A stretch of DNA of 64,000 nucleotides from Syntrophales bacterium. Lineage in GTDB: Bacteria > Desulfobacterota > Syntrophia > Syntrophales > UBA2210. The stretch's first letter is position 1. Each line of letters begins with the position of its first letter. This document shows, one piece after another, positions 10,043-20,780 of the stretch. The position numbers and the translations under genes are program-made. Under the pieces are notes generated by a model that worked only from the letters and a program-made list of their open reading frames with translations, was not told the origin of the DNA and made no database searches. Location: assembly GCA_963662405.2 (NCBI GenBank), contig CAXXKT010000001.1, positions 2,048,001 to 2,112,000 of the forward strand, in the 5' to 3' direction.

Positions 10043-11782
10043 ATGAAAAAAAATTTATTGTTGAATCCTCAAAAGATGGATCAGGTGATGGCTGACAAGA
10101 AAACACAAGATCTGTTCAATCTTACGGTGGATTTTTTCGAACACAAAGGCAACTTTTCGATGCGCATCGACTCCAAGGCGAGACGTATGCCGACTGATTT
10201 CTATCAGTTTGTCAAAGAATCCGGCTTGTTTGCTACTTTACTAACTCCGGCTGGGTACGGTGATGCCGATGCCAGGTGGGATCACTACAGAATAACATCC
10301 GCCAGTGAGCTGATAGGTTTCTACGGACTTTATCAATATACGTTCCAGGTTTCGATACTTGGGGTAGGGCCGATATGGATCAGTAAGAAAGAGACGCAGA
10401 AAAAGGAGCTGGCACAGTTACTCAAGGAAGGCCATGTTTTTGCCTTTGGTATGTCCGAGCGCAACCATGGTGCCGACCTGTACAGTAACGAAGCCAACAT
10501 CACTCCCATTGGTGATGGCAGGTATATAGCAAATGGAGAAAAGTATTATATCGGCAACTCTTCTCGGGCACCGAAGATCAGTGTCATGGGAAAGAATGCA
10601 AAGACGGGAGAGTATGTATTCTGGGTTGTCGACTGTCGTGACAGACACCTCAAGTATTGCGGTGACATAGACGTTGTCGGTATGTTCCAGGGTCAGCTGG
10701 GCCAGTTTGCAATGATTGAGTATCCCATCACCGATGTGGACATTCTGGAGACCGGGGATGCCGCTTTCGCAATGGGTCTTTCCACGGTCAATATCGGGAA
10801 AACGCAGACAAGCATGAAGAATGCGGGTATTGCGACGCATATGCTCTATGAAGCGATTAATCACGCCCATAACCGTTACCTGTATGGCAAGAGAGTGACG
10901 GACATGCCGCATATCAAGAGAGGATTTCTGGAAGCCTGGAGCCGAATCGTGATGAGCAGGTTGTATAACTATCGTGCCGTCGATTATTTCCGTCAGGCGG
11001 ACAAGGAGACGGATCGTCGGTACTTATTGTTTAACCCAATCCAGAAAGCACGTTCAGGGGCGCAATGTGATCTGGCCGTTACCATCATGCACAACATCAT
11101 GGCTGCCAAGGCATATGAAACAGATACATTTGCCGAGACAGCCGTACGTCAAATCGGCAACTCTGTTCGCCTCGAAGGGACAGCTCATGTCAATCTGTCT
11201 CAGGCAGTCAAATTTATCAATAACTACTTCAATGACAATGTAGATTTGCCTGAAGTTCCAGACGGTAAGATGGTGAAGGATGATTCTTCGAGCATGTTTG
11301 ACCAGGGCTTCGGCAAGGTCAAAAACATCAAGTTTAATGATTACCGGAAGGCATTTAACGGGTGCACACTTCCTAATGTGAAAATATTTCTCGAGCAGGC
11401 TGAAGCGCTCAAGGAATTTAACAATTGCTCACCCATGACCAAGGATCAGGTTAAAAACTCTGATTTTATGCTGAGTATTGCTGAGATCTTTGCCGTTGTT
11501 GTCTACGGCCAGCTTGTGTTCGAAAAAGCCAAGTTGGAAAGTATCGAAGATATGGTTGTTGATCAACTCTTCAGCTATTTGGTCCGTGATATTAACAGTT
11601 CTGTTATGCGCCAGATCAATGAATACGCCGGCCACTTTCAGGCAGGCCAGAAAGAAGGTCTTGCGGCTATTATTAAAGATCCTCACATTGATTTTGTGCG
11701 TGAAGAGGCTATCCTGACCGATTATATCTTGGCACTCGATGGTGCTTATAGCAGTACGTATGGAGTCGTTATCAACGAGTGA
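10043..11782 (+). CDS. Acyl-CoA dehydrogenase family protein
   Basis: AFGMSE..HGAD, NGEKYYIGN, RLEGT. Confidence 0.85.
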   Translation: MKKNLLLNPQKMDQVMADKKTQDLFNLTVDFFEHKGNFSMRIDSKARRMPTDFYQFVKESGLFATLLTPAGYGDADARWDHYRITSASELIGFYGLYQYTFQVSILGVGPIWISKKETQKKELAQLLKEGHVFAFGMSERNHGADLYSNEANITPIGDGRYIANGEKYYIGNSSRAPKISVMGKNAKTGEYVFWVVDCRDRHLKYCGDIDVVGMFQGQLGQFAMIEYPITDVDILETGDAAFAMGLSTVNIGKTQTSMKNAGIATHMLYEAINHAHNRYLYGKRVTDMPHIKRGFLEAWSRIVMSRLYNYRAVDYFRQADKETDRRYLLFNPIQKARSGAQCDLAVTIMHNIMAAKAYETDTFAETAVRQIGNSVRLEGTAHVNLSQAVKFINNYFNDNVDLPEVPDGKMVKDDSSSMFDQGFGKVKNIKFNDYRKAFNGCTLPNVKIFLEQAEALKEFNNCSPMTKDQVKNSDFMLSIAEIFAVVVYGQLVFEKAKLESIEDMVVDQLFSYLVRDINSSVMRQINEYAGHFQAGQKEGLAAIIKDPHIDFVREEAILTDYILALDGAYSSTYGVVINE

Positions 11783-11899
11783 ACTGATTGACAAGATGTC
11801 TGTTCATCCAGCTGTTTTGTACAGAGAAAGCCACACGTGCTTTCACCGTATGGCTGAATGGACAATGATATCTACTTCAAACGCTGAGAGAGTCAACGT

Positions 11900-12143
11900 G
11901 AAAACACATACAGCAGCGGCGTTTCAGTGCGGTTTTGTGAACAAGGTAGTCGTGCCCGAACGGCTCGATGACGAGGCGTATGCAATAGCTAAGGAAAATT
12001 TCAATCACGCACTGTATGGTCTTTTAGAGCGTCAACTCGAACTGGAACGGGATGGCATGATCAAGGCCGGAAGAACGACGGATTCGAAAGAAGGGTTTGC
12101 TGCATTTCTGGAAAAACGGAAACCACACTTTGCAGCAAAATGA
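11900..12143 (+). pseudogene. Enoyl-CoA hydratase C-terminal remnant
   Basis: GFVNKVVVP..., LERQLELE, DSKEGFAAFLEKRKPHF; N-terminal part absent. Confidence 0.65.
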
Positions 12144-12208
12144 GACATTATACACAGAGGCTGAATCAAAAAAGATCAGATATCTGGACAATGAAGAAAA
12201 GGAGCTTG

Positions 12209-13558
12209 GGTAGTGTAAAAGAAAGGTCGCAATTTGAGGTATTGTCAGAGGCCATCGATATCTCCTAAAAAGGTGTCAGCGAAGACACTTGGGAAAGGAG
12301 ACAGAGCGATGGCCCGGAAGTATGATACCGCGACGTAAAAGAAATTACTACTGCATTTCATGGGAGAATCGGATCCGTTATATGCGATGCTCCAGTGGTT
12401 GACACAGCGGATGATGGAAGTGGAATCGGAGATAAAAGTGGGAGCGGCCAAGGGGAAGCATACAGATGAGCGGACGACGCATTTTTCAGGGACCCGAGTT
12501 CGGCGGTTTGATACCCGGTTGGGGGCCTTGTATCTGTTGGTTCCGAAGCTTCGCCAGGGTGGGTATGTTCCCTTCTTTGTCACGGAGAAGAAGCGTTCCG
12601 AGCAGGCGCTGATCCAGGTGGTACAGGAGGCATTTATCAACGGTGTCTCTACCCGGAAGATGGAGCGTCTGGTCCAGTCCCTGGGGATTGAGGGGATATC
12701 AGCGAGTCAGGTATCGGTGATGGCGAAGGAACTGGACGACCAGGTTTCCTGGTTTCGATCCCGGCCCCTGGAGCGAGAATATCCCGTTATCTGGCTGGAC
12801 GCCCTATATGAGGATATCCGGTTCGACGGTCGAGTGACAAGCATGGCGGTTCTGGTTGTTGCCGGGATCACCGTTGAGGGACGTCGTGATATCCTGGCCT
12901 GTGAGCCCATGATGACCGAATCGGAAGAGACCTATCGAGCGCTCTTTGCCAATCTCAAGAGACGGGGAGTGGAGAAGGTCTGGCTGTGTGTTTCTGACGC
13001 TCACATCGGTTTAAAGAAGGCGGTTCGGAAGGCATTTCTCGGGTGCAGTTGGCAGCGATGCAAGGTTCATTTTATGCGGAACATTCTGGCTCACATTCCC
13101 CACAGAGAGAAAGACTCCTTTGCTGCGAGATTGAAGGCCATCTGGCTGCAGCCCACAAAGGAGACGGCCCTCCAGGTAGCCCGGATGGTGATCGATGAAT
13201 ATCGAGATCGTTTTCCGCAGGCCATTACGATCTTGGAAGAAGGTCTGGAGGATGCCCTGCAGTACCTGTCATATTCCTCATTCGATCATCGGAAGATCAG
13301 CTCCACCAACATTCTCGAACGTCTGAACCGGGAGATTCGGAGGCGGTCACGGGTTGTGGGGATCTTTCCCGGCATGGACTCTTATATCCGACTGATCACT
13401 TCGTATCTGATTGAGTACAGCGAAGACTGGTCGACAGGAAAATGTTACATCAAACCGTCACTCATCGAGGAGAAAAGAGAGTCGCTACAAAGGGTGGCGT
13501 AACAGGGAAATATCGATGACCTCATGAATTGAAATTGCGAACATTTATTGACGTGACC
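12209..13558 (+). mobile_element. IS256-family element
   Basis: Imperfect IRs: GGTAGTGTAAAAGAAAGGTCGCAATTTGA versus revcomp GGTCACGTCAATAAATGTTCGCAATTTCA. Both flanks share AGCTTG. Confidence 0.85.
12309..13502 (+). CDS. IS256 transposase with in-frame TAA at codon 10 (or restart at 12360)
   Basis: WLDALY, SDAHIGL, QRCKVHF, STNILERLNREIRRR. The RBS-preceded ATG at 12309 is in frame but interrupted by TAA at 12336-12338. Confidence 0.8.
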
Positions 13559-13802
13559 AAGCTTGAGCGGAAGTTATTCAATTGAATATAAAAGAAAAAT
13601 GGTATCTGCTGCAGAGGCCGCCGAGAAGCGGGACATATGGACGAGGAGTAATAAGATAACATAGAAAAAACATAGAGAGAAGCATCTGCGATAGATCACT
13701 CATTGTCTTTTCTGGAAAACTCAACTGCCGGGAAAGGCATCTTTTCTGACCGCCGGACAGGAAAATGTCCGCATTCCTGTCCGGCATTTATGAAATACCC
13801 CG

Positions 13803-13913
13803 CAGAATACCCCGTCCTGTGGACGGGGATGAATGCGGAGCAGGGGCAGGGGGGATGCAATCCCCCTCATTTAAGCTTTTCAGATGCCCCGCCCTGTGGG
13901 CGGGGTAATTCAC
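13803..13913 (+). mobile_element. Miniature non-autonomous IS200/IS605-type (PATE-like) element
   Basis: Two related hairpins CCCCGTCC-TGT-GGACGGGG and GCCCCGCCC-TGT-GGGCGGGGT, followed by terminal TTCAC as in IS605/IS1341 right ends. Left boundary approximate. Confidence 0.6.
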
Positions 13914-15793
13914 GTGTGCCCGGCATGGGCAGCAGCTTGGAGGTGAGAGTCCTCTACAGGTCCTGATGGTGGAAACTGTTAGCCGAGGGCAAGGGCGTCC
14001 ATCGCGAGGTGGGGTCTGAAGGAAGCCGGAGGCAAAATCCCGATCCGAGGAACACGAATCGCATATCAGGCTGTATCATTGGGGCGAGCTTACGTGAGAA
14101 GGCGAAGCCCGTAGCCATCAAACGGTGATGCAGTAAATGCGGCGGATGCGGGGTGAAGGCGGCTGTTCTTACCCGGGGAGGTCTGGGAACCTGTCGGAGA
14201 CGACAAGGGGTTTCGCAAGGGACTCTGAACGGTTTCCAGAAGTCAGCAGAGGCCGTATTAGGTGTGGCGCAAGCCGGGCTGAAGGGCCGAACGTGTGGTC
14301 GGTGGTGAGACTCAAGGATTCGTGGTCGTGGAGATGCGGCAACTTTCATTATTCGATGAAGGCCTTCTGTCATGTTTGAAGGGTGAAGCCCCGAGGAGAG
14401 ATGGGAGGAGGTATCAAGCGGCGGCGGCATTGGAGAGATCCGAACCCATCATGGTTGACCTGATGCAGGAGGTAGTGAACAGGGAGAACGTGATTCGCGC
14501 ATGGAAACGAGTCAGGGCGAACAAGGGGAGCCCCGGCATTGACGGGATGACCGTCGATGAACTGACGGATTACCTGCGGGAACACTGGCCGCGGATTCGG
14601 GAGGAGTTGTTGACAGGGGAGTATCGCCCCCAACTGGTGAAAGAAGTAGTGATTCCGAAGCCGGGAGGCGGGACCAGACGGCTTGGTATCCCCACGGTGA
14701 CGGATCGATTTATCCAGCAGGCAATTTTGCAGGTGCTCGATCCCCTGTATGATCCGACCTTTTCGGACTACAGTTATGGCTTTCGTCCTCGTCGCCGTGC
14801 TCATCAGGCGGTGAACCGAGCGAAGAGATGCATATCTGAAGGATACGAATGGGTGGTCGATATTGACCTGGAGAAGTTTTTTGACCGGGTGAACCATGAC
14901 ATCCTCATGGGGAGACTGGCCAAGAGGATCGGTGACAAGCGCATTCTCCGGGTTATTCGTCGGTATGTGCAGGCCGGGATCATGGTCAATGGGGCCGTAC
15001 AGGAAAGGTGGGAAGGGACGCCGCAGGGCGGACCCTTATCGCCGCTGCTGGGCAACATTCTTCTGGACGCACTGGACAAGGAGTTGGAACGGAGGGGTCA
15101 CCGATTCTGCCGGTATGCGGACGATGTGAACATCTATGTCAAGTCTCAGCGCGCCGGGAAGAGGGTGTTTGAATCCATTGAGGCATTTTTGCTCAAGCGG
15201 TTGAAGCTTCGGGTGAACCGGGACAAGAGTGCGGTAGCCCGATACCATGAGCGGGGATTCTTAGGATTCGGCTTTACCTCCGGGAAACTCCTCAAGATCA
15301 AGCTGACGGGCAAGGCCCTGAGGAACTTCCGGGACCGAGTCCGGGCGATCACGAGGCGATCTCGGCGCGTCTCCATCAACCGGATAATCGAGGAACTCCA
15401 GACGTATTTGAGAGGATGGATCGGGTATTTTCATCTGATCGAGACGTGGACGATTCTGCGGGATCTGGATAGTTGGATGCGCAGGAGGTTGCGGTGTTTC
15501 ATGGTCAAACAATGGGTAAACAACTGCCATACCCGTTATAAGAACCTGATCCATCTGGGAGTAGGGAAAGATCAGGCGCGTATCGCGGCAGGGTCAAGCA
15601 AAGGACCTTGGGCGTTGTCCAACATGAAACCGCTGAAGATTGCTTTGTCCAATCGGTTTTTTGCCGAACGGGGTTTTCTTGGACTCTGGGGTCAGGCTCA
15701 AACATTGGGCAAGACTACATGAACCGCCGTGTACGGACCCGTATGCCCGGTGGTGTGGGAGGGGAAGGCCGTGAGGCCTTCCCCTATCCCGAT
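13914..15793 (+). mobile_element. Group IIC intron, apparently complete
   Basis: 5' GTGTGCCCGGCATGGG; short DV with CGC triad (GAACCGCCGTGTACGGACCCGTATGCCCGGTGGTG); 3' end ...CCTATCCCGAT; inserted just after a stem-loop. Confidence 0.92.
14334..15722 (+). CDS. ltrA: Group II intron reverse transcriptase/maturase (start uncertain; 14451 is an alternative)
   Basis: PGIDG, RRLGIPTVTDR, DIDLEKFFD, GTPQGGPLSP, YADD; no endonuclease domain. Confidence 0.93.
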   Translation: MRQLSLFDEGLLSCLKGEAPRRDGRRYQAAAALERSEPIMVDLMQEVVNRENVIRAWKRVRANKGSPGIDGMTVDELTDYLREHWPRIREELLTGEYRPQLVKEVVIPKPGGGTRRLGIPTVTDRFIQQAILQVLDPLYDPTFSDYSYGFRPRRRAHQAVNRAKRCISEGYEWVVDIDLEKFFDRVNHDILMGRLAKRIGDKRILRVIRRYVQAGIMVNGAVQERWEGTPQGGPLSPLLGNILLDALDKELERRGHRFCRYADDVNIYVKSQRAGKRVFESIEAFLLKRLKLRVNRDKSAVARYHERGFLGFGFTSGKLLKIKLTGKALRNFRDRVRAITRRSRRVSINRIIEELQTYLRGWIGYFHLIETWTILRDLDSWMRRRLRCFMVKQWVNNCHTRYKNLIHLGVGKDQARIAAGSSKGPWALSNMKPLKIALSNRFFAERGFLGLWGQAQTLGKTT

Positions 15794-15925
15794 TTGGTAA
15801 TCATGGCAGATACCTCCGCAGAAAATGAGGTTACCGTGATTACCCCACCCGCAGGGCAAGATAATCCAATTCTATTTTTCATAAAAGAAAAGAAATCTCC
15901 ATTTTTAGCCCCTATCCTTTCAATG

Positions 15926-15971
15926 ATGATCATATTTAATAGTCATTATAAGGTCATTATTTGGGAGTTCC
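15926..15971 (+). promoter_or_regulatory. Conserved upstream motif, copy 2 (candidate operator)
   Basis: 41/46 identical to 3705-3750, at a similar distance upstream of the paralogous CoA-transferase. Confidence 0.6.
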
Positions 15972-16105
15972 CTTTTCCAAATCCATAGCATAGGCTGCAT
16001 TTCCATAGAGAGATGCGTCGTGTCTGAAGAGTGGTAAACAACATTTTTTTTAAACATGTAGTGGATATATGTTCGTTAACGGAAATTGTAAAAGAGGAGC
16101 ATGGT

Positions 16106-17311
16106 ATGGAGGCGCAACCCTTTAAGGGAATAAAGATTCTCGATTTATCGAATCATATTAGCGGATCATTTTGCACGAAGCTTTTTGCGGATTATGGGGC
16201 GGAGGTTATCAAGATCGAGAAGCCGGGCAGGGGAAGCCTGACACGTTGCATGCCGCCGTTTGTAGATGATGTGCCTGATGTGAATAAAAGTGTTCATTTT
16301 CTGTATCTGAATACGAACAAGAGAGGAATTACGCTCAATCTGAAATCAGATACCGGGAAGAAGATTTTTGCACAGCTGGTCCAGAGTGCTGACATCCTGG
16401 TAGAGAGTTTCGCTCCGCAAGTGTCGTCGGATCTTGGATTGGAGTTCGACGCGATAGAGAAGCTGAACCCCTCGTTGGTTATGGCCTCGATTTCGAATTT
16501 CGGGCAAACGGGGCCTTACCGGGATTTCAAGGCTTCCGATCTGGTTGAGTATGCCATGGGAGGGGCGATGTTCCAGACTGGTCTCCCCGACAGAGAACCT
16601 CTGACCAAGGGACCAAACTCTCTGCTTTTCGAGGTGGGGACGCAGGCGTGTTACGCCATACTCGGGGCTTATATGGGTGCGAGGCGAGATGGCATTGGTG
16701 ATTATATCGACATCTCGATCATGGAGACTCAACTTGCTGGAGCTGACCGAAGAAGTGCGAATCTGCTTACGTATCAGTACACTGGTGATGTGACCCGTCG
16801 GGTTGCCCCGCTTCAGGGCGTGACATCAAAAGCACCGGCAATTCTGAGTTGTAAGGACGGCCGTGTGTCTTTGGCGATAGGGCCGAAAGTTTTCCCCAAG
16901 TTTCTGACCTTGATGGGGAGACCTGATCTCGTTGATGATCCCGAGTGGGATCCAATCACCATGAAGGTGACTCCTGAGGTGATGAAGGTTTATAACGACT
17001 GCTTTGCGAAGAAAACAAAGATGGAATGGTCGGAAATGTTTCAGAAAGAGGGACTGATTTGTACTCCTTTGAGCACACCCGAGGACGTATGTAAGGATGA
17101 TCACTGGAGATCCAGGAGTCTTTTTGTTGATGTGACACATCCCTCGACAGGAACGGTCAAGTATCCCCGAGGGTTTATTCGTACGGAATCTGAGTGGTGG
17201 AAGGTAAGAAAGCCGGCTCCGTTGCTGGGGCAGCACAACGGTGATGTCTACGGTGGCTTGGGTTATACCGCCGATGAGATGGCTACTTTGGAGGCACAGG
17301 GGATAATATAG
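16106..17311 (+). CDS. Family III CoA-transferase subunit A (paralog of 3895-5100)
   Basis: Colinear with the first copy; same motifs. Confidence 0.9.
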   Translation: MEAQPFKGIKILDLSNHISGSFCTKLFADYGAEVIKIEKPGRGSLTRCMPPFVDDVPDVNKSVHFLYLNTNKRGITLNLKSDTGKKIFAQLVQSADILVESFAPQVSSDLGLEFDAIEKLNPSLVMASISNFGQTGPYRDFKASDLVEYAMGGAMFQTGLPDREPLTKGPNSLLFEVGTQACYAILGAYMGARRDGIGDYIDISIMETQLAGADRRSANLLTYQYTGDVTRRVAPLQGVTSKAPAILSCKDGRVSLAIGPKVFPKFLTLMGRPDLVDDPEWDPITMKVTPEVMKVYNDCFAKKTKMEWSEMFQKEGLICTPLSTPEDVCKDDHWRSRSLFVDVTHPSTGTVKYPRGFIRTESEWWKVRKPAPLLGQHNGDVYGGLGYTADEMATLEAQGII

Positions 17312-17352
17312 CTGCGAACACTGCTTGAGGAGTCAAGAGGGAGTAAAGTCGA

Positions 17353-18705
17353 ATGAAAGTGAATGAAAAAATAAAAAGTCTTCCGTTGGAAGGGGTCCGG
17401 GTGCTGAGCTTGACGGCATCGTGGTCAGGACCCTTCGGATCTATGCTGTTGGGTGATTTGGGAGCAGAGGTTCTCAGGCTGGAACAGATTCAGTACGCAG
17501 GCGGTATGACGAGGGGGGTGGAACCGCGCCCTGAAGAGAAAAAGTGGATAAACAATAAGCAAGGGGGGATCGCTCAGTATGTCGACCGAAAGCCGTGGGG
17601 ACCGAATGGGGAATACCCGTGGAACCGATTCAGCTTCGGAAATTGTCATCTCCAGAATACCTATAGTTTTACACTTGATTATTCCCGGCCTAAGGGGTGG
17701 GAGCTTGTAAAACGTGTCATAAAGATGAGTGATATCTTTATCGAGAACAACACCCCCACCACCGCGCCGAAATTAGGATTCACGTGGGATGTTCTCCACG
17801 AGATTAATCCGAGACTCATTGTCGTTCGGTCGCCCGGGTTCGGTCTCGATGGTCCCCATATGAACTGGAAAGGGTATGGAAGGAATATAGAAGCGGTGAT
17901 CGGCCATGCATGGTTGGTGAGGTATTCCGAAGCCCCCGAACATCTCTTCAGCAACAGGCAGACATATCTAATGGACAATATGGGTGCTCACTCTATCGCC
18001 CTGTCCGCCATGATGGCACTTCTTGACAGAGAGAGGACGGGAGAAGGGTCTCTTGTGGAAGTTGCTCAGGCGGAGACTGCCATGTGTGCCTTACCGGCAC
18101 CCTTTATCGATTACTTTGCCAATGGAAAGATACGACCCGTAGAGGGCAATCGGTCTGCAACGGCAGTCCAGGGGTGCTATCCGACGGCGGGGAATGATCA
18201 ATGGGTGGTTATTACGATCAACGGTGACGACGAGTGGAAAGGATTTTGTAAAGCTATTGGAAACCCACCCTGGACACAAGATGAGCGTTTCGGTGATCTC
18301 TTAGGTAGATTGAAGTACCAGGACGATCTTGATGAGAATATCACACAATGGACGAAGGAACGCGGTAATTACGAGATCATGTACCTGTTACAGGCGCACG
18401 GTGTTCCTGCCGGGCCCGTTATGACAGAGGCAATGACCTTTGCAGATGATCACCTAAAGGATCGTGAGTTTTTCATAGAGGAAACACAGAAATGGTGCGG
18501 CACACATCTCTATACGGGATATACCGGTAAGTATACCAGAACTCCACGGAAAAACAGGGCCGATATGCCACCCTGTGGCTTGGGCGAGCATAACGAGTAT
18601 GTTTTAAAAGGACTCTTGGGGCTCTCTGATAAAGAGTATGTGGAACTGGAACGAGAAGAATATATCGGGACCGAAATATTGGCGGGAGCCAAGGCAAATC
18701 TCTAA
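17353..18705 (+). CDS. Family III CoA-transferase subunit B (paralog of 5143-6489)
   Basis: Colinear with the first copy. Confidence 0.9.
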   Translation: MKVNEKIKSLPLEGVRVLSLTASWSGPFGSMLLGDLGAEVLRLEQIQYAGGMTRGVEPRPEEKKWINNKQGGIAQYVDRKPWGPNGEYPWNRFSFGNCHLQNTYSFTLDYSRPKGWELVKRVIKMSDIFIENNTPTTAPKLGFTWDVLHEINPRLIVVRSPGFGLDGPHMNWKGYGRNIEAVIGHAWLVRYSEAPEHLFSNRQTYLMDNMGAHSIALSAMMALLDRERTGEGSLVEVAQAETAMCALPAPFIDYFANGKIRPVEGNRSATAVQGCYPTAGNDQWVVITINGDDEWKGFCKAIGNPPWTQDERFGDLLGRLKYQDDLDENITQWTKERGNYEIMYLLQAHGVPAGPVMTEAMTFADDHLKDREFFIEETQKWCGTHLYTGYTGKYTRTPRKNRADMPPCGLGEHNEYVLKGLLGLSDKEYVELEREEYIGTEILAGAKANL

Positions 18706-18930
18706 GTATGTTCAGTGGATATTACATGAGTTGGCATTCTTGTATATGTCACAGGAGATATGAGACGAAGTGGCCAACTGAATAGGCAGCAGCAAAACCC
18801 TTACTGCGAAAGATAAGGGAGAGATCACACTCAACAGTACTTATTGTTCAGCGTAGAGGCACTATCTGGGGAAGTTTTGTTTGTTTAAGATTTCCTTGAT
18901 CAAAAAACAAATGAGGGAAAGGAGCAACAA

Positions 18931-20010
18931 ATGAGACAGGCATTAAAAAGCTGTGGGGTGTTGAGTATTTTGATTTTATTTGCGGGATTTGTTGTGTTCA
19001 ATGCGGGTACGGCTGACGCGGCAAAGGTTCTCAAATTTCAGTGTGCTTATGTGAAAACGGCCGGATCGAGCCAAACCATGGAATTTTTGGCTGACAAGGT
19101 CAAAGAATACACCAAGGGTGAGGTCGAGCTCAAGCTATACTGGTCTGGCCAGCTGGTAAAGGCATCGGAGGCGCTCACTGCAATACAGAGGGGAATGATT
19201 GACGGATACAGTGGTTCGGTGCTGTATTTTGCAGGAACGATCCCGGAGGCAAACGGCCACTATCTTCCCTATGCCTGGAAAAATCCACTGGAACTCTTAG
19301 ATATATATTACAACCATGGATTCAGGGAGGTGACGCGTGAAGCATTCGCAAAACATGGAGTATTGTACCTGACAACATTTACCGCAGCGAAATACGGTTT
19401 GATGTCAAACTTCCCGATACGCAAGCTGGAAGATCTCAAGGGGAAAAAGATGCGAGCGGTTGGAACCGGTGCGCGTGTTCTCAAGGAGTTCGGAGCAGCC
19501 CCCGTATACATGCTGGCAAATGAGGCGTACACAGGCCTGCAACGGGGAACGGTCGAAGGTAATCTCTACGTTTATTACGTATTGCAGGATTACAAGCTTC
19601 ATGAGGTGACTAAGTATGTAATCGAGCCGCCGCTGTACAGTCCCGGAATGGGCGATATCATTATGAGCCTGAAGGTCTGGAATGAGCTTACTCCTGATCA
19701 ACGAGAAGCCATTGAACGCGCTGCCGCAGAGACGACTTTGCGGTCCTATCTGTATGGATTGGTTAAAGATGAGTACGTGTTGAATGAATTCGCACGGGAA
19801 AAAGGAGTGGAAGTTATCACCTTGGAGCCGGAAGAGCTTGAACGTTTCAAGAAAGCGGCCGCTCCGGTGTATGATGACCATGCGAAAAAATCCCCCCTGT
19901 GTGCTAAGCAGGTCGAGATTCTGAGAAACTATGCCCAAGGCAGAGGGAAGATTAAATCCCCTCAGTTTTTGCCGAGCAGAGTCAGGATAGAAGCTATGAA
20001 TAAAAATTAA
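18931..20010 (+). CDS. TRAP substrate-binding protein (DctP)
   Basis: Signal peptide, DLKGKKMR, EAYTGLQRGTVEG. Confidence 0.92.
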   Translation: MRQALKSCGVLSILILFAGFVVFNAGTADAAKVLKFQCAYVKTAGSSQTMEFLADKVKEYTKGEVELKLYWSGQLVKASEALTAIQRGMIDGYSGSVLYFAGTIPEANGHYLPYAWKNPLELLDIYYNHGFREVTREAFAKHGVLYLTTFTAAKYGLMSNFPIRKLEDLKGKKMRAVGTGARVLKEFGAAPVYMLANEAYTGLQRGTVEGNLYVYYVLQDYKLHEVTKYVIEPPLYSPGMGDIIMSLKVWNELTPDQREAIERAAAETTLRSYLYGLVKDEYVLNEFAREKGVEVITLEPEELERFKKAAAPVYDDHAKKSPLCAKQVEILRNYAQGRGKIKSPQFLPSRVRIEAMNKN

Positions 20011-20202
20011 ACAGCAGTCAATATTAACCAAACAGTGCACCAGCTGTGCACGGGTATTCTTCTTCGATGAATACTCGTGCAGTTGGTTGCTATGAGAGTA
20101 GACGTAAATGGCAGGTGTTGGCGGGGATGTGAAGGATAACATTCTCTTTCCCTTATATCCAACAAGTGTCGGTGGAAAGGAAGAGAGGAGGTAAGGCTTG
20201 GT

Positions 20203-20697
20203 ATGAAAAGCATTGTGAAGGTCATTGATGCGATTAACCGCTTTTTCGAGTACTTTCTCGGCGGGGTTACCTTGCTGTTGGCATTTCTGGTCTTATTTGA
20301 AGTTATATGCCGATATTTTCTGGGTAAACCAACATTGTGGTCCATGGAGGTCAATACATATCTGTTCTGTGGTCTCAGTCTGTTGGGAGGGGGATATTGT
20401 CTTCTGCAAGAGGGACATGTTCGGGTGGATCTCTTTTATCCAAAATTTTCCCCCAAGACGCAGGCGATAGTAGAGATGAGCACCTTTATTCTTCCCTTAC
20501 TCTTTTGTGTAGTTCTCGTTTGGCTGGGAGGGAGGGAATTTTGGGCAACACTGATCGAGAATAGAAGATCCGATGGGGTTCTCGCGCTCCCCTTGTGGCC
20601 GGTCTGGATGACCATGCCTTTAGCCGGGTTTTTGCTGGGGAGTCAAATTGTATCCAGATATCTTAAGGATATAATGCTATTAACCACTAAGGAATGA
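20203..20697 (+). CDS. TRAP small permease (DctQ)
   Basis: EVICRYFLGKPTLW, GHVRVDL. Confidence 0.9.
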   Translation: MKSIVKVIDAINRFFEYFLGGVTLLLAFLVLFEVICRYFLGKPTLWSMEVNTYLFCGLSLLGGGYCLLQEGHVRVDLFYPKFSPKTQAIVEMSTFILPLLFCVVLVWLGGREFWATLIENRRSDGVLALPLWPVWMTMPLAGFLLGSQIVSRYLKDIMLLTTKE

Positions 20698-20780
20698 GTT
20701 GGCCTTCCGCCTCTTTCCTTGGGGGATTGTGGTTGTTCGATATGCCAGTCAACTGAGAGGGCTTAAAGGGAGAAATAAAG

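Noticed and set aside
14334..15722. Retron, DGR or defence-associated RT
   Set aside because: It has complete group IIC intron ends, DV/DVI and a maturase domain.
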